From positions 79,481-143,480 of the forward strand of contig CAYRXW010000005.1 in assembly GCA_964428335.1 (NCBI GenBank): 64,000 bases of DNA, written 5' to 3'. The translations under genes and the position numbers were made by a program. Origin of the DNA: an uncultured Methanosarcinales archaeon. Its GTDB lineage: Archaea > Nanobdellota > Nanobdellia > Woesearchaeales > GW2011-AR15. Below are positions 18,459 through 28,601 of this stretch, piece after piece. A model generated the notes under the pieces. That model made no database searches and was not told the origin of the DNA. It was given only the letters and a program-made list of their open reading frames with translations. Numbering within the stretch: the stretch's first letter is position 1; the number at the start of each line of letters is the position of its first letter.

Positions 18459-19067
18459 TCATTTCCTAAAAACCATCAGTGAACCCAGGGACATAAAAAA
18501 AGGAAGCTTAAAAGGCATGCTCTCTGTCTTTATGCTCTTCAAGCCAATGGCTTTCCTCATCATCTCAGGATTAAAGGAATTTACATGATCTGGCACTTTT
18601 ACCGGCCTTCTTAACAGGAAAAACCTGCTTATTGTCCAATTTACCTCATTTGGAAATGTTATTATCAATAGTCCGTCTTTCTTTAATACCCTTTTAAGCT
18701 CCTTTAGCACATCTTTATAGAGGTAGATATGCTCAAGGACTTCAGAACATGTGATGCAGTCAAAGCTTTCATCAGGAAATTCAAGTTTTGTCAAGTCCAT
18801 CTTATAGAACTTCCCTTCAGGAAACCTTATCCTTGCTTTTTTTAAGGCTGCATCTGTTATGTCAATGCCAAAATACTCAGCTTTTCTTTTTGATAGAAAT
18901 TTCAACAGATGGCCTTCTCCGCAGCCTGCATCTAATACTTTCCTTCCTTTAACCTGTGCAAATATCTTATCCAGCCTATCTCTATGCACAAACCTTACAA
19001 GAGGGTTTTTTGAATTATATAGTGCTTCCATGTGATCTTCTGGCATATGGATATGTTCATTCACCAT
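18459..19067 (-). CDS. Class I SAM-dependent methyltransferase
   Basis: VLDAGCGEG, GIDI, FDCITCSEVLEH, LKKDG. Confidence 0.93.
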   Translation of the reverse strand: MVNEHIHMPEDHMEALYNSKNPLVRFVHRDRLDKIFAQVKGRKVLDAGCGEGHLLKFLSKRKAEYFGIDITDAALKKARIRFPEGKFYKMDLTKLEFPDESFDCITCSEVLEHIYLYKDVLKELKRVLKKDGLLIITFPNEVNWTISRFFLLRRPVKVPDHVNSFNPEMMRKAIGLKSIKTESMPFKLPFFMSLGSLMVFRK

Positions 19068-19108
19068 GAATGATAATATTGGTTTTAGATTTATAAACTA
19101 AGTGGTTA

Positions 19109-19654
19109 TCATGGCTTCTTTTTCTTCATATAGATTAGAGAAAACCCAAGCACTAATATGCCTGCAGAGACAGCTATCCCTAACCAATTCCTTTCCAGAC
19201 TAGCATTGAAGCTTCGCCTCCTGGCATTATCCCATGCCTCTTTCTGTATCTGGACCGGTGTCTTTACCTCTCCGCTATCTTCTGAGACATAGATATGAAC
19301 AGAGGTGTATTGAAAGGTATGTCCTGATTGAGATGCATTGCCGAATATGATATATTCTCCTGGCCTTGTAGCTTTTGCTTTTACTTTAAGCCTTTCCTCA
19401 TTAACTAAACTAAAATGCTGGGCAGTTTCTCCTCCCAAAAGTTCAATATTTTCCGGAATGCTGATAGTTAAATTTACTGGAAATGGCTCATCCATATCAT
19501 AATTTGGTGAAACACTTAAAACAATATCAAATTCATCGCCTAATTTTGGCTCGCCTAAAATTTCCAATTCCATCTTTAAAATTGGAGAAGGTGATGTGGC
19601 TGCAATTAAAGATGAAAACAAAAAGAATAATAAAAATAAAACAATTTTTTTCAT
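19109..19654 (-). CDS. Exported protein with a beta-rich domain and C-terminal membrane anchor
   Basis: Signal peptide, Ig-like beta pattern (KATRPGEYII), C-terminal TM segment plus KKKK. Confidence 0.7.
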   Translation of the reverse strand: MKKIVLFLLFFLFSSLIAATSPSPILKMELEILGEPKLGDEFDIVLSVSPNYDMDEPFPVNLTISIPENIELLGGETAQHFSLVNEERLKVKAKATRPGEYIIFGNASQSGHTFQYTSVHIYVSEDSGEVKTPVQIQKEAWDNARRRSFNASLERNWLGIAVSAGILVLGFSLIYMKKKKP

Positions 19655-19777
19655 ATTATAACTAAGACATAGCTATATTGATTAATCTTTCTATAACTTC
19701 AATTTGATAAACAAAGCTATTGCAACCTGGCTTTTCAAACAAAAAACCTTAAATACCCTAATCAATCTACAGATAGC

Positions 19778-20548
19778 ATGGATAATTTCCATGTCTATCT
19801 AAAAAAGCAGCTTCTGGAATATGTAGAGGCAGAAAGAAAGAAAGGTATACCTCTGGAAGAGATTGAAAAGGTGCTTCTTGACGCAGGACATAGGAAGAAC
19901 ATAATAGATGAAGTGTTTTTAGAGATAAAGAATGAGGCTGCAACACATAAGGAAGCGCCACATAAGAATGAGACAGAAAAAGACCTTTCCTTGATGCTAA
20001 AAGGCGCTTTTTCAAAGTTCATGGCCCAGGCTTCAGATAAGGAAGTTAAAGAAGCAAAGCAGGATTTTGAGAATACAAATACTGAAAAGGTTGTTGAGGA
20101 AGTGATTGAGGAGGCAGAATATATAGAGGAGAAGACAACACTTGAATCTGCGACATTCTTTGTCTATCTTGTTTTTTTAGCAATAATTGCGCTTTTTAGC
20201 GCAGCATCAACTGATGCGCAGATGCTTAGCGTCATAATTGGATTCATGCCTGTGATAATCAGCGTTTTTGTATCTTTCCTTGCACTAAAGCTTGCTGACA
20301 ACGTCCCTGTCTATGTGTTTATACCTCTTATAATATCAGGCATATTTTATGCTATTGCTAGATTTACAGCATTTCCGATGTTTAAAGGGCTTGACCCGGA
20401 AGGGCTTTCCATTGTGAATTTTCTGCTTGGATTCTTCTTCAACATACTGATAGTTTATGTAAGGTTCCTAAAGCCAAACCATATGAAGAGAAGGAAAATA
20501 AAAAAGACTGTAAGAAATTACGAAGGAATAAATGAGCTTAGGAATTAA
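19778..20548 (+). CDS. Hypothetical membrane protein
   Basis: Charged N-terminal half (KGIPLEEIEKVLLDAGH), four C-terminal TM segments. Confidence 0.7.
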   Translation: MDNFHVYLKKQLLEYVEAERKKGIPLEEIEKVLLDAGHRKNIIDEVFLEIKNEAATHKEAPHKNETEKDLSLMLKGAFSKFMAQASDKEVKEAKQDFENTNTEKVVEEVIEEAEYIEEKTTLESATFFVYLVFLAIIALFSAASTDAQMLSVIIGFMPVIISVFVSFLALKLADNVPVYVFIPLIISGIFYAIARFTAFPMFKGLDPEGLSIVNFLLGFFFNILIVYVRFLKPNHMKRRKIKKTVRNYEGINELRN

Positions 20549-20549
20549 A

Positions 20550-20684
20550 ATGTACATAGTAACCTGCCCAAAGTGCAAGCAAGAGATGAAAACAAGTGCA
20601 GAAAAGAAAAAAAGATGCGTCTACTGCGGCTTCACTTTCTCGCTTTTCACAAAAAAAGGAAACAACATCAAAAAAAGAATCTAG
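20550..20684 (+). CDS. 44-aa zinc-ribbon protein (DUF1922-like), absent from the ORF track
   Basis: MYIVTCPKCKQEMKTSAEKKKRCVYCGFTFSLFTKKGNNIKKRI; starts 1 nt after the upstream stop. Confidence 0.8.
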   Translation: MYIVTCPKCKQEMKTSAEKKKRCVYCGFTFSLFTKKGNNIKKRI

Positions 20685-20688
20685 TGGG

Positions 20689-21525
20689 TTGTTTCTTCTA
20701 GGCTTATTTTCTTTTGTCACTGCTTTTGTAGGTATTTTTGTAAAACTAATTAATGGGATGGATGTCTACCAGATAATTTTTTTCAGGGCGAGCCTGGCGC
20801 TTGCATTCATATTTTTCATAATTAAGATAAAAGGAAAAACTAGCGAACTTAGGATTGAAAAGCCTCTTCTTACATTATTTATTGGTATATTTGAAGGCAT
20901 CTCTATACTTGCTTTTTTTCTTGCAATAAATTTAAGCAGTGTGACAAATGCAATTTTTTTGGCTTACAGCGCGCCTATATGGTCTGTTTTCTTTTCATAT
21001 CTTTTCCTAAAGGAAAGAATAGAGAGAAAGACTATAGTAAGCGTGGTTATTGCAATAGCAGGGATATTATTTATTGTGGACCCAAGGAAGCTTGAATTTA
21101 ATCTTCAGCTAGGGAATATTTTTGCACTGCTTTCTGGATTCTTTTATGCTGCAATGGCTATCCTTGCAAAACCCATGCTTGAAAAAAAATCAGGATATTA
21201 TGTGGCATTCTGGCAATACTTTGTGATATCAGTTGTCTTTGGAATCATATGCAGGTTCAATTTAACAGGTGCTTTAGATAATGTTCCTGCGCTCCTTGGA
21301 CTAGGGATTTTTGCAACAGGGTTTTCTGCTATACTTTTCATGGAAGGGATAAGGAAAGTGAAAGGCCAGGAGATTTTTGTAATTACTTCAATCGAGCCTG
21401 TTTTTGCTTCTGCCCTGGCATTTATAATACTGGGAGAAAAGATATCAGCATTTGGATATTTTGGAGCAGCATTGATACTGATTGGGATTTATAACATATC
21501 AAAAAAACAAATAAGTTTTGGTTAA
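20689..21525 (+). CDS. EamA/DMT family transporter (start probably TTG 20689, not 20596)
   Basis: About ten TM segments, two EamA repeats (FFR, APIW...LFLKE; EPVFA...ILGE). Confidence 0.88.
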   Translation: MFLLGLFSFVTAFVGIFVKLINGMDVYQIIFFRASLALAFIFFIIKIKGKTSELRIEKPLLTLFIGIFEGISILAFFLAINLSSVTNAIFLAYSAPIWSVFFSYLFLKERIERKTIVSVVIAIAGILFIVDPRKLEFNLQLGNIFALLSGFFYAAMAILAKPMLEKKSGYYVAFWQYFVISVVFGIICRFNLTGALDNVPALLGLGIFATGFSAILFMEGIRKVKGQEIFVITSIEPVFASALAFIILGEKISAFGYFGAALILIGIYNISKKQISFG

Positions 21526-21556
21526 TCATTTAAATCAATAATATATCATACTTTGT

Positions 21557-22471
21557 ATGAAAGAGATAGTTTCAAGGATACTTGAAAAGATTGATGAAAA
21601 AAGCACTGCAGTTTTTCTAGATAGCCAGAAATACGAAATAAAAGATGAGAATTTTATTCAGATAAAAGATCCAACTAAAAATAAGAGCGTATCTTTTGTT
21701 GATGGAGGAAATCTTGAATTAATAAAGTGTCCTTCTTTCTCTGTTTTTTTTAACAGGATATATTATTCTACATATAAACTTAATAAAAGGGTAAAATCAA
21801 AAAGAACGGATTTCTTTACTTTTATCCATACGACAATTTTAGATAATAAGATTATCTATAATGCTGAATGCTTTGGGAATGATATGAAATTTTCTTTTGA
21901 TTCTGAAGACAGGACAATCTCCAGTTCAACAGCAAGGGCTGATATCTCAATTATTGGAAACGTAATAAGGAGATTTTCAGAATTAAAGCTTGCTTCTGAG
22001 ATTGAATCTGATTATATCATAATTGATGGTTCCTTGGAAAAAAAGTATACAAATGAAGAAAGGTTCCTTGAAATGCTGAAGAATAGGAATGTATTTGGGC
22101 TTTCAAAATCAAATGATATACTGACTGAAAAAGGAAGCTCTGCCGGAGCTGCTGTTTTTTTATCAAAGAAAGGCTGCTTTGCCTATAAGATATGCAGGAA
22201 CAATTATTTCTTAAAGCTGCATGACAAATCAAAATATGTTTTCAGGCTGGAATCATGTAATGATAATGAAATAAATGAAATTGCTTCGCTTCTCAAGGAA
22301 AATTCCAAAGATATTATTTTTCCAGGCTACCCTTATGGCCTTATCGAAGCAGATAAGTTTGCAAGGGTTAGCGAAAATGAGAGAAAGGCGCTGAAGATGC
22401 AGATGCTGATGATGCTTGGTGATAAAATAACACCATATATCAATAATTCAAATGCCCATGAACTATTTTGA
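21557..22471 (+). CDS. nurA: NurA nuclease
   Basis: FVDGGN, IIDGSL, GLSKS, GYPYGLIEADKFARVS. Confidence 0.85.
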   Translation: MKEIVSRILEKIDEKSTAVFLDSQKYEIKDENFIQIKDPTKNKSVSFVDGGNLELIKCPSFSVFFNRIYYSTYKLNKRVKSKRTDFFTFIHTTILDNKIIYNAECFGNDMKFSFDSEDRTISSSTARADISIIGNVIRRFSELKLASEIESDYIIIDGSLEKKYTNEERFLEMLKNRNVFGLSKSNDILTEKGSSAGAAVFLSKKGCFAYKICRNNYFLKLHDKSKYVFRLESCNDNEINEIASLLKENSKDIIFPGYPYGLIEADKFARVSENERKALKMQMLMMLGDKITPYINNSNAHELF

Positions 22472-23461
22472 TTTCTTGTTCCTAGCACTTCTTACAATAT
22501 AGTCAATCATCTGCGCATAAGACATGCCTGCCTGCCTGGCCATTTTTGCAAGTCCTGCGTCTTCTGATATGTCTGGATTTGGATTTACTTCAAGAACATA
22601 TGGCCTATTGTTCTTATCGACCCTAAAATCAACCCTATAGTAATCCTCGCACTGCAGATTATCGCCTGCCATCACTGCATATTTTACAAGCTGGTCATAT
22701 AGCTTATCTGAAATTTTTGAAAAAGATGAATTTGTCTTTTTGTATTCTGTGCTTTCCTCAACCCACTTTGCGTCATAGTTCACAATCTTTGGAAGTTCAG
22801 TTGGCATGCCATTAAATGATACTTCTGATATAGGAAGCACAAACCTTTTTCTTGTGCCTAAGACACCTACATAGAACTCACGTCCTTCGATATATGACTC
22901 AACAAGTGCAGGCTGCTTGTAATCCCTAAGTATTGCCCTTATCTTATTCCTTAAATCTGTCTTGTTCCTTACAACTGAATCATTCCTTATGCCTACTGAT
23001 GAATCCTCCCTCATAGGTTTTACAAATAAAGGAAATATAAGGTCCTTGCTCAGCTTTTCATCTGCTCTTGAAAACACCTGGAACTTTGGGGTTGGTATCT
23101 TATGATGCAACAGCACTTTTTTTGTTATTGCCTTATTTACGCATAAAGACAGGCAGAAAACACCTGAACCTGTATATTTTATTTTTAATAAGTCAAGCAT
23201 TGCAGGAACATGCGCCTCAAACCTAGAGTCTGAAAAAAAGCCGTCATCAACAAGATTGAATACCAAATCTATCTTATGCTTCTCGCTTTTGAACCTTTTG
23301 AATAGGTTAAGATTAGCGTGATATTCTAAAGGCCTATGGCCTGTTTCTGTTAAAGCACGCATGACAGAAAAAGCATGTCCGTTGTCATCCCTGCCCTGCC
23401 AGTCTTTTTTGTAAAGACCACGCATGTCAGTATCTGTTGTAAATAATACTGCGACTTTCAT
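22463..23461 (-). CDS. D-Ala-D-Ala ligase-like ATP-grasp enzyme
   Basis: VFNL, YTGS, FVKPMREDSSVGI, ESYIEGRE, RVDFR, LEVNPNP. Confidence 0.9.
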   Translation of the reverse strand: MKVAVLFTTDTDMRGLYKKDWQGRDDNGHAFSVMRALTETGHRPLEYHANLNLFKRFKSEKHKIDLVFNLVDDGFFSDSRFEAHVPAMLDLLKIKYTGSGVFCLSLCVNKAITKKVLLHHKIPTPKFQVFSRADEKLSKDLIFPLFVKPMREDSSVGIRNDSVVRNKTDLRNKIRAILRDYKQPALVESYIEGREFYVGVLGTRKRFVLPISEVSFNGMPTELPKIVNYDAKWVEESTEYKKTNSSFSKISDKLYDQLVKYAVMAGDNLQCEDYYRVDFRVDKNNRPYVLEVNPNPDISEDAGLAKMARQAGMSYAQMIDYIVRSARNKKSK

Positions 23462-24438
23462 TAATTAGTTATTTCTAGTTCAGTGCTATTTATATTCTTT
23501 TTCATAGCTGCAAAAATTATTTTTTTTATTGTCTCTTCATAGCTATAGCCTGCTGCTTTCGCTGACCTAAAGAAACCTGCGTCATCATTTATGCATGGGT
23601 TTGGGTTGACATCAATCACATAAGGGATGTTATTTTTTATCCTGAAATCTACCCTTGCATAACCTGAACAGGAAAATATCCTGAAAACTTTCAATGCTAT
23701 CTCTTTTACCTTTCCTTCTGTGACCTTGTCAATAACTATAGGGCAAACCCCGACTGTATGAATATATGCTGAAGACTGCAAATCCCATTTTGCATCATAC
23801 GTGAGTATTTTAGGCTCGTTTTTTGGAAGATCAAACCTTATTTCAGACAATGGAAGGACTTCTTCATCCAGTATTGCTGCGTTTATTTCCCTGCCTTCAA
23901 TGTACTCCTCAATCAATGATGCCTGGTTAAATTTCTTAGTTACCTCTTCTACCTTTATCCTTAATTCTTCAATATTTCTTACAAAGGAATCATTTGTTAT
24001 ACCAATGCTTCCGTGCTCTTTCACAGGCTTTACTATCAATGGAAAATTAAGGCTTACTGATTTTCCTATCTTGTCTGCAACAATATAGCCTGGTGTCAGA
24101 ACATTATTTGATTTTAATACTTCCTTTATTGCATCCTTATCTGATGTAAGCTCAATATTTGCTGCGCTTGAGCCTGTGAATACTATTCTGTTTTTTTCAA
24201 GGGATTTTACTATGTCATATTCATGATACTTGCTTCCATAGGTCTTTTCTGCAAGGTTTATTACGACATCATACTCTTTTAATTTTGGAAGGATAGAATA
24301 ATCAAACCTAAAGATTTCAACTTTTTCTTTCAGAATGCCTTTAATCTTATGCGCTATCTCAAGGGCTTCATCATCAGACAATGTGTCTTTTGTGTTTTTT
24401 GTTTTTTCCGGAAGGTTATGTATTATTGCAATTCTCAT
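23461..24438 (-). CDS. Second D-Ala-D-Ala ligase-like ATP-grasp enzyme
   Basis: FTGS, IVKPVKEHGSIGI, EEYIEGRE, YARVDFR, IDVNPNP (D in place of E). Confidence 0.9.
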   Translation of the reverse strand: MRIAIIHNLPEKTKNTKDTLSDDEALEIAHKIKGILKEKVEIFRFDYSILPKLKEYDVVINLAEKTYGSKYHEYDIVKSLEKNRIVFTGSSAANIELTSDKDAIKEVLKSNNVLTPGYIVADKIGKSVSLNFPLIVKPVKEHGSIGITNDSFVRNIEELRIKVEEVTKKFNQASLIEEYIEGREINAAILDEEVLPLSEIRFDLPKNEPKILTYDAKWDLQSSAYIHTVGVCPIVIDKVTEGKVKEIALKVFRIFSCSGYARVDFRIKNNIPYVIDVNPNPCINDDAGFFRSAKAAGYSYEETIKKIIFAAMKKNINSTELEITN

Positions 24439-24938
24439 TTTAGCCTTTTTTCATATAGTATCTTATCTTCCCCGACTTTATAGAAGTCTCTTATCCTTGC
24501 TATCTCCTTATAGTTTAATTTTTCATAGAACTTCTGCGTTGGAAGATAAGTCTTATCAGAACTTGTCTCAATATGTATCATCCTAGCCTTTGGCTTCAGC
24601 TTCTTTTCAACAGATTCCATGAGGAACTTCCCAATTCCTTTTCCCTGATATACAGGATCAACTGCAATATAATACACTTCGTATACCCCTTCTGTCAAAG
24701 ATGCTTCACCATAGCAGATATAGCCAATCACTTTATCTTTTTCCAAAACACAGTCTATAATGTATTCTCCATCATCATATTCCAGGCAATGCTCTATGAG
24801 CTCAACTGCTATTTCCTTGTCCTTCCCATTGAAATTTTTTATTCTTGAAACTATATCACAAACGGCTTTTTTGTATTCTTTTGAGAAAGCTTTAACAGAA
24901 AGGCTTGAAATCATGCTCACTTCCATATAAACATGCAT
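24435..24938 (-). CDS. GNAT acetyltransferase
   Basis: IAVDPVYQGKGIG (motif A), IETSS, FYEKLNY. Confidence 0.92.
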   Translation of the reverse strand: MHVYMEVSMISSLSVKAFSKEYKKAVCDIVSRIKNFNGKDKEIAVELIEHCLEYDDGEYIIDCVLEKDKVIGYICYGEASLTEGVYEVYYIAVDPVYQGKGIGKFLMESVEKKLKPKARMIHIETSSDKTYLPTQKFYEKLNYKEIARIRDFYKVGEDKILYEKRLK

Positions 24939-24947
24939 CTAATAGAT

Positions 24948-26342
24948 TTATTTTTTATATAAAAAGCTTTGCAATTCCTCTCCATATATTTTGTCAAGTT
25001 TTTTCCTTATATGCTTTGGAATTGTCAGACTTTCATGTATCCCATAGAATTCCTTTATCAACTCTTTTTTCCTTTTCTGCGCTTCTTTAAGATGCTTTTT
25101 TTTGAATATATCTATAAGATATCCTTTTGCTGAATTTTTATATGCAAGGAAAAATGCCAACAGTTGCTCATCCCTTCCAAGCCCTGCCATGTCATAAGGA
25201 GATGCGCAGTCTATCTTTTCAAAAAGCGCATAATACTCTATCTTGCTTTTCTTTAGCATGTTTTCACTAAAGCCTACTGTTTTTGGGTCAATATTATTTG
25301 CAAGAAGGAAGATATATATCCTTGCACACTTGGAACAGTGATGGCACCATCTTGTTTTTTTTGCGTGATTGTTTGCAGCAAGGCAAGAGGTCTGGTATTT
25401 TGCATAATGAGGATACCTGCTGTGCAGTATCTTTGTTATTGCTAAATCATGTATTGGCTCAAGAAAAGAAAGAGCGCTTACTTTTTTTGTAAGAAGCCTT
25501 AAGATTTTACTTATCTCAAATGTCCATTCTCCTGACTGGTCAAATACGGGATTTGTCAGAAAGCCCTGTGTATTATAATAAGTTGCAGAACAGCTTGCTT
25601 CGTTTCCATAAACAACATATTTTGCCTTGAAATGGCTGTTAAATGGCAGCATCAAAAGTGCATATTCGGTCAATTGGCTTCCCCATGGAAGCTCTGCCTC
25701 ATCTACCTTGAAATAATCGCAGTTCCTAAGTAAAGCGATATCGTTTTTTATCCTGTATATCTTTTTTTTTCTGAACTCTTTTTCAAAATCATCTATAAGC
25801 TTTGTCTTGTGCTTGTTTTGGTATGACCTTATTACTGTTTTTGTGTATTTATCATAATAGCTGTCATCTGGCTCCTCAATATAGATCAGTTCTGGATCAA
25901 GCCCTATCTCTTCTGCTAAGGCAAAACTAAGCATGCTGTCTTTGCCAAACGTAAAAAGTATACATGCCTTATTATTTGCTTTTGCAGTATATTCAGGAAC
26001 TTTGATATTATATGATTTGAATTCATATTTTGCATTCATCAGCCTTTTTATTATCGTAAAGCAGTCTTTTCCATATTCTTCTGCGCATGAAGGGACGTAA
26101 TATAATATAGGTTTTAGGAAGAAAGAACCCATAAGAGGGGAATTCATGTTATATTCCAGCTTGCCTGAATCTGTGATTGTAGGAAGAGTTGAAGTGGATA
26201 GAAATACAAGGTTTTCAACTATGTTTTTTTTTGTTTTTTTTGGAAAGCTTTCCCATATCTCTTTAGGGTAGCCTATTGAGAAACCTTTTTTATCAAGCCT
26301 TATCCGAAATCCTTTTTTTGATATTGAGTAATTTATTTTCAA
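24948..26342 (-). CDS. MurL/QueC-like PP-loop adenine-nucleotide alpha-hydrolase with Cys cluster
   Basis: LFTFGKDSMLS (SGGKDS variant), YGNEAS, TSC and RWCHHCSKC; MurL similarity judged by eye. Confidence 0.6.
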   Translation of the reverse strand: MKINYSISKKGFRIRLDKKGFSIGYPKEIWESFPKKTKKNIVENLVFLSTSTLPTITDSGKLEYNMNSPLMGSFFLKPILYYVPSCAEEYGKDCFTIIKRLMNAKYEFKSYNIKVPEYTAKANNKACILFTFGKDSMLSFALAEEIGLDPELIYIEEPDDSYYDKYTKTVIRSYQNKHKTKLIDDFEKEFRKKKIYRIKNDIALLRNCDYFKVDEAELPWGSQLTEYALLMLPFNSHFKAKYVVYGNEASCSATYYNTQGFLTNPVFDQSGEWTFEISKILRLLTKKVSALSFLEPIHDLAITKILHSRYPHYAKYQTSCLAANNHAKKTRWCHHCSKCARIYIFLLANNIDPKTVGFSENMLKKSKIEYYALFEKIDCASPYDMAGLGRDEQLLAFFLAYKNSAKGYLIDIFKKKHLKEAQKRKKELIKEFYGIHESLTIPKHIRKKLDKIYGEELQSFLYKK

Positions 26343-26435
26343 ACTGAATTTTTTAAGTGCTTACATTATAAAAATTGTTCCTAAATATAATCATGTTGCG
26401 ATATATTTATATAGAATATAATCAAAGAAAAAATT

Positions 26436-27413
26436 ATGTTTGATGTTATCAGCGTTGGCAGTTCAACAATAGATACTTTTGCATCTGTCGAATCTGAGCT
26501 TATCAAGATAAAGACTGCACATCATGAAGAAGAATTGATTGCATACCCAAGCGGGTCTAAGATTCTTATAAGCGACCTGAAGTTTTTCATTGGAGGAGGA
26601 GGAACTAATACTGCTGTCGCTTTTTCAAGGCTTGGGCTAAAAGCAGGATATATCGGCAAGGTTGGCTCCGGAACAAATAGCGAGCTCATAATCAAAGCCA
26701 TAAAAAAAGACAAGGTTGCTTTCCTTGGCGTAAAATCAAAAAACCTTCACGCCGGATATTCAGTCATACTGGATAGCTTAGAAGGTGACAGGACTATACT
26801 TGCATACAAAGGAGCCAATAATGAATTAAGCTTCAGCGATATTGACCTAAAAAAGATAAAAGCAAAATGGTTCTATTTTTCAAGCATGGTAGGGAAGTCA
26901 TATGAAACACTTGAAAAACTTTCTGAATATGCACAAAAAAATGATATCAAAGTTGCATTTAATCCAAGCAATTATCTTTGCGAGAAAGGATATCCCTTCC
27001 TAAAAAAAGTGCTTTCCAATACTGAACTTCTTGTTCTTAACAAAGAAGAAGCTATGCTGCTTACAGGGAATTTTGACATGCAAGAGTTAATTTTTAGGCT
27101 GTGCCAGCTAGGACCAAAAATCTGCGTTATTACAGACGGAAAGAATGGGGCATATGTGAATGAGAAGAATAAGGTAATACATGTGAAGACATCTGGGATA
27201 AAGCCTAAGGAGACTACTGGTGCAGGAGATGCTTTTGCATCGACTTTCCTTGCTGGGCTGATCATGAAAAAGAACATTTCTGAATGCATGAAGATGGGAT
27301 GCGCCAATGCAGAATCTGTAATCTCTAATATAGGAGCAAAGACCGGCCTTCTGACATTTAAGGAGCTAACTAAAAAAATCAGGAAAAGCAGAATTGCTGT
27401 AGAATCAATCTAA
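26436..27413 (+). CDS. PfkB family carbohydrate kinase
   Basis: GGGGTNTA, LNKEEA, ITDGKNG, ETTGAGDAF. Confidence 0.93.
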   Translation: MFDVISVGSSTIDTFASVESELIKIKTAHHEEELIAYPSGSKILISDLKFFIGGGGTNTAVAFSRLGLKAGYIGKVGSGTNSELIIKAIKKDKVAFLGVKSKNLHAGYSVILDSLEGDRTILAYKGANNELSFSDIDLKKIKAKWFYFSSMVGKSYETLEKLSEYAQKNDIKVAFNPSNYLCEKGYPFLKKVLSNTELLVLNKEEAMLLTGNFDMQELIFRLCQLGPKICVITDGKNGAYVNEKNKVIHVKTSGIKPKETTGAGDAFASTFLAGLIMKKNISECMKMGCANAESVISNIGAKTGLLTFKELTKKIRKSRIAVESI

Positions 27414-27525
27414 CTATCTTCTTAAAGAATTTTTCAGAATCTAAACTCTTTTTTATTAAACAAAACAGTTTATATTAAGTAAACTAAATATTTATAAATA
27501 GAGTTTAAAACTTAACTAAGTATAA

Positions 27526-27675
27526 ATGATGCAGTATAGCAGAAGCGGGCTTTACATCAATAGGAAAATCAATTCTAAACAAAGTGCTGCAAACAAGGAG
27601 AAATCATTTGACTGGATTAATGTGTTTTTATTTGTGCTATTGTTTGTAGTCGTGATATTATTTGTAGTGACTTAG
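27526..27675 (+). CDS. 49-aa tail-anchored membrane microprotein, absent from the ORF track
   Basis: MMQYSRSGLY...FDWINVFLFVLLFVVVILFVVT; TTTATAAA at 27491. Confidence 0.5.
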   Translation: MMQYSRSGLYINRKINSKQSAANKEKSFDWINVFLFVLLFVVVILFVVT

Positions 27676-27680
27676 AACAA

Positions 27681-28601
27681 TTATAGTTTTTTCAGGTATT
27701 CAATATATTCCTGTTTTTTTCCAAAACCTTTTGATTTTGCAATCCTTGCTATTGCCTTATCAAAACTGCTTCCATACTGGGCTGCTTTTTTTGGCCTGAA
27801 TGCATATTCTTCCTTTAATCCAAGATCAATCATCAGTTTCCTGAAGATGTATTTCTTGTGCTCATCTTTTAATTTTAATTCTCCGGATATGTTCATTCCT
27901 GCAACAATCAAGTCCTTATCAAGAAAAGGTGTTAAAAAGGTCATGCCCTCGTGGACTGCTATGCTATAGTCCCTCCCAAAATCGCGTTCATATGTACTTA
28001 TTAAGCCGTGCCAGCATTCTTCGTTTATGTCCTCTGCTTTTTCGTGCCTTTGATAACCAGCAAATATTTCCTCGCTTCCAAGGCCTCCAAACAAGGTATC
28101 TATCTTATCCTTCTTTGCAAGCTCGATTGCAGCAAGCTCTACTGCGCCAACTCCCAGATTTACCACATTTAAGTCTTTTTTTGGGACTATCTTTGCAATT
28201 TTTTCAAATATCTTTCCAACTTCTTCTAAAGAAAGTATCTTTTTTTTATGGTTAAAGCCGTATTCTTTTGCAATCCTTTCTGAATAGATTATATCCTCGC
28301 TTCCTTCCAACCCAACAGTATAACAGATGAAATCCTGCCTGTCTTTTTTTGATATGAATGAAATGCCTGTGGAATCAACACCACCTGAAAAGAATATCCC
28401 GAATTTTTTGCCTGGATACCTTTTTTCCATTGCCAAAAGAAACGGCTCTTTTATCTCTAAAACTGCTTTTTTCTCATCAGTTATGACTTTTGTTCCCAGA
28501 GCTTTCAAACGTGTTATATGGGAAGACCATTCATCTAAAGAGACTAACTTTCCATCTTTTGTAACAAACGATTGCTCTGTCATTTTATCCTTGGATTTCA
28601 T
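27681..28601 (-). CDS. Asparagine synthase-like synthetase domain without a glutaminase domain
   Basis: FSGGVDS, GLGSEEIFAGY, TPFLD, KYIFR, RPKKAAQYGS. Confidence 0.85.
   Translation of the reverse strand: MKSKDKMTEQSFVTKDGKLVSLDEWSSHITRLKALGTKVITDEKKAVLEIKEPFLLAMEKRYPGKKFGIFFSGGVDSTGISFISKKDRQDFICYTVGLEGSEDIIYSERIAKEYGFNHKKKILSLEEVGKIFEKIAKIVPKKDLNVVNLGVGAVELAAIELAKKDKIDTLFGGLGSEEIFAGYQRHEKAEDINEECWHGLISTYERDFGRDYSIAVHEGMTFLTPFLDKDLIVAGMNISGELKLKDEHKKYIFRKLMIDLGLKEEYAFRPKKAAQYGSSFDKAIARIAKSKGFGKKQEYIEYLKKL

Noticed and set aside
22463..24438. Peptidoglycan ddl or vancomycin resistance genes
   Set aside because: No canonical Ddl N-terminal GGxSxE motif, and no mur or van context
25760..26241. 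Poly-T/A tracts as phase-variation sites
   Set aside because: Runs of 7-9 nt are frequent in this AT-rich, Lys-rich DNA and the frames are intact
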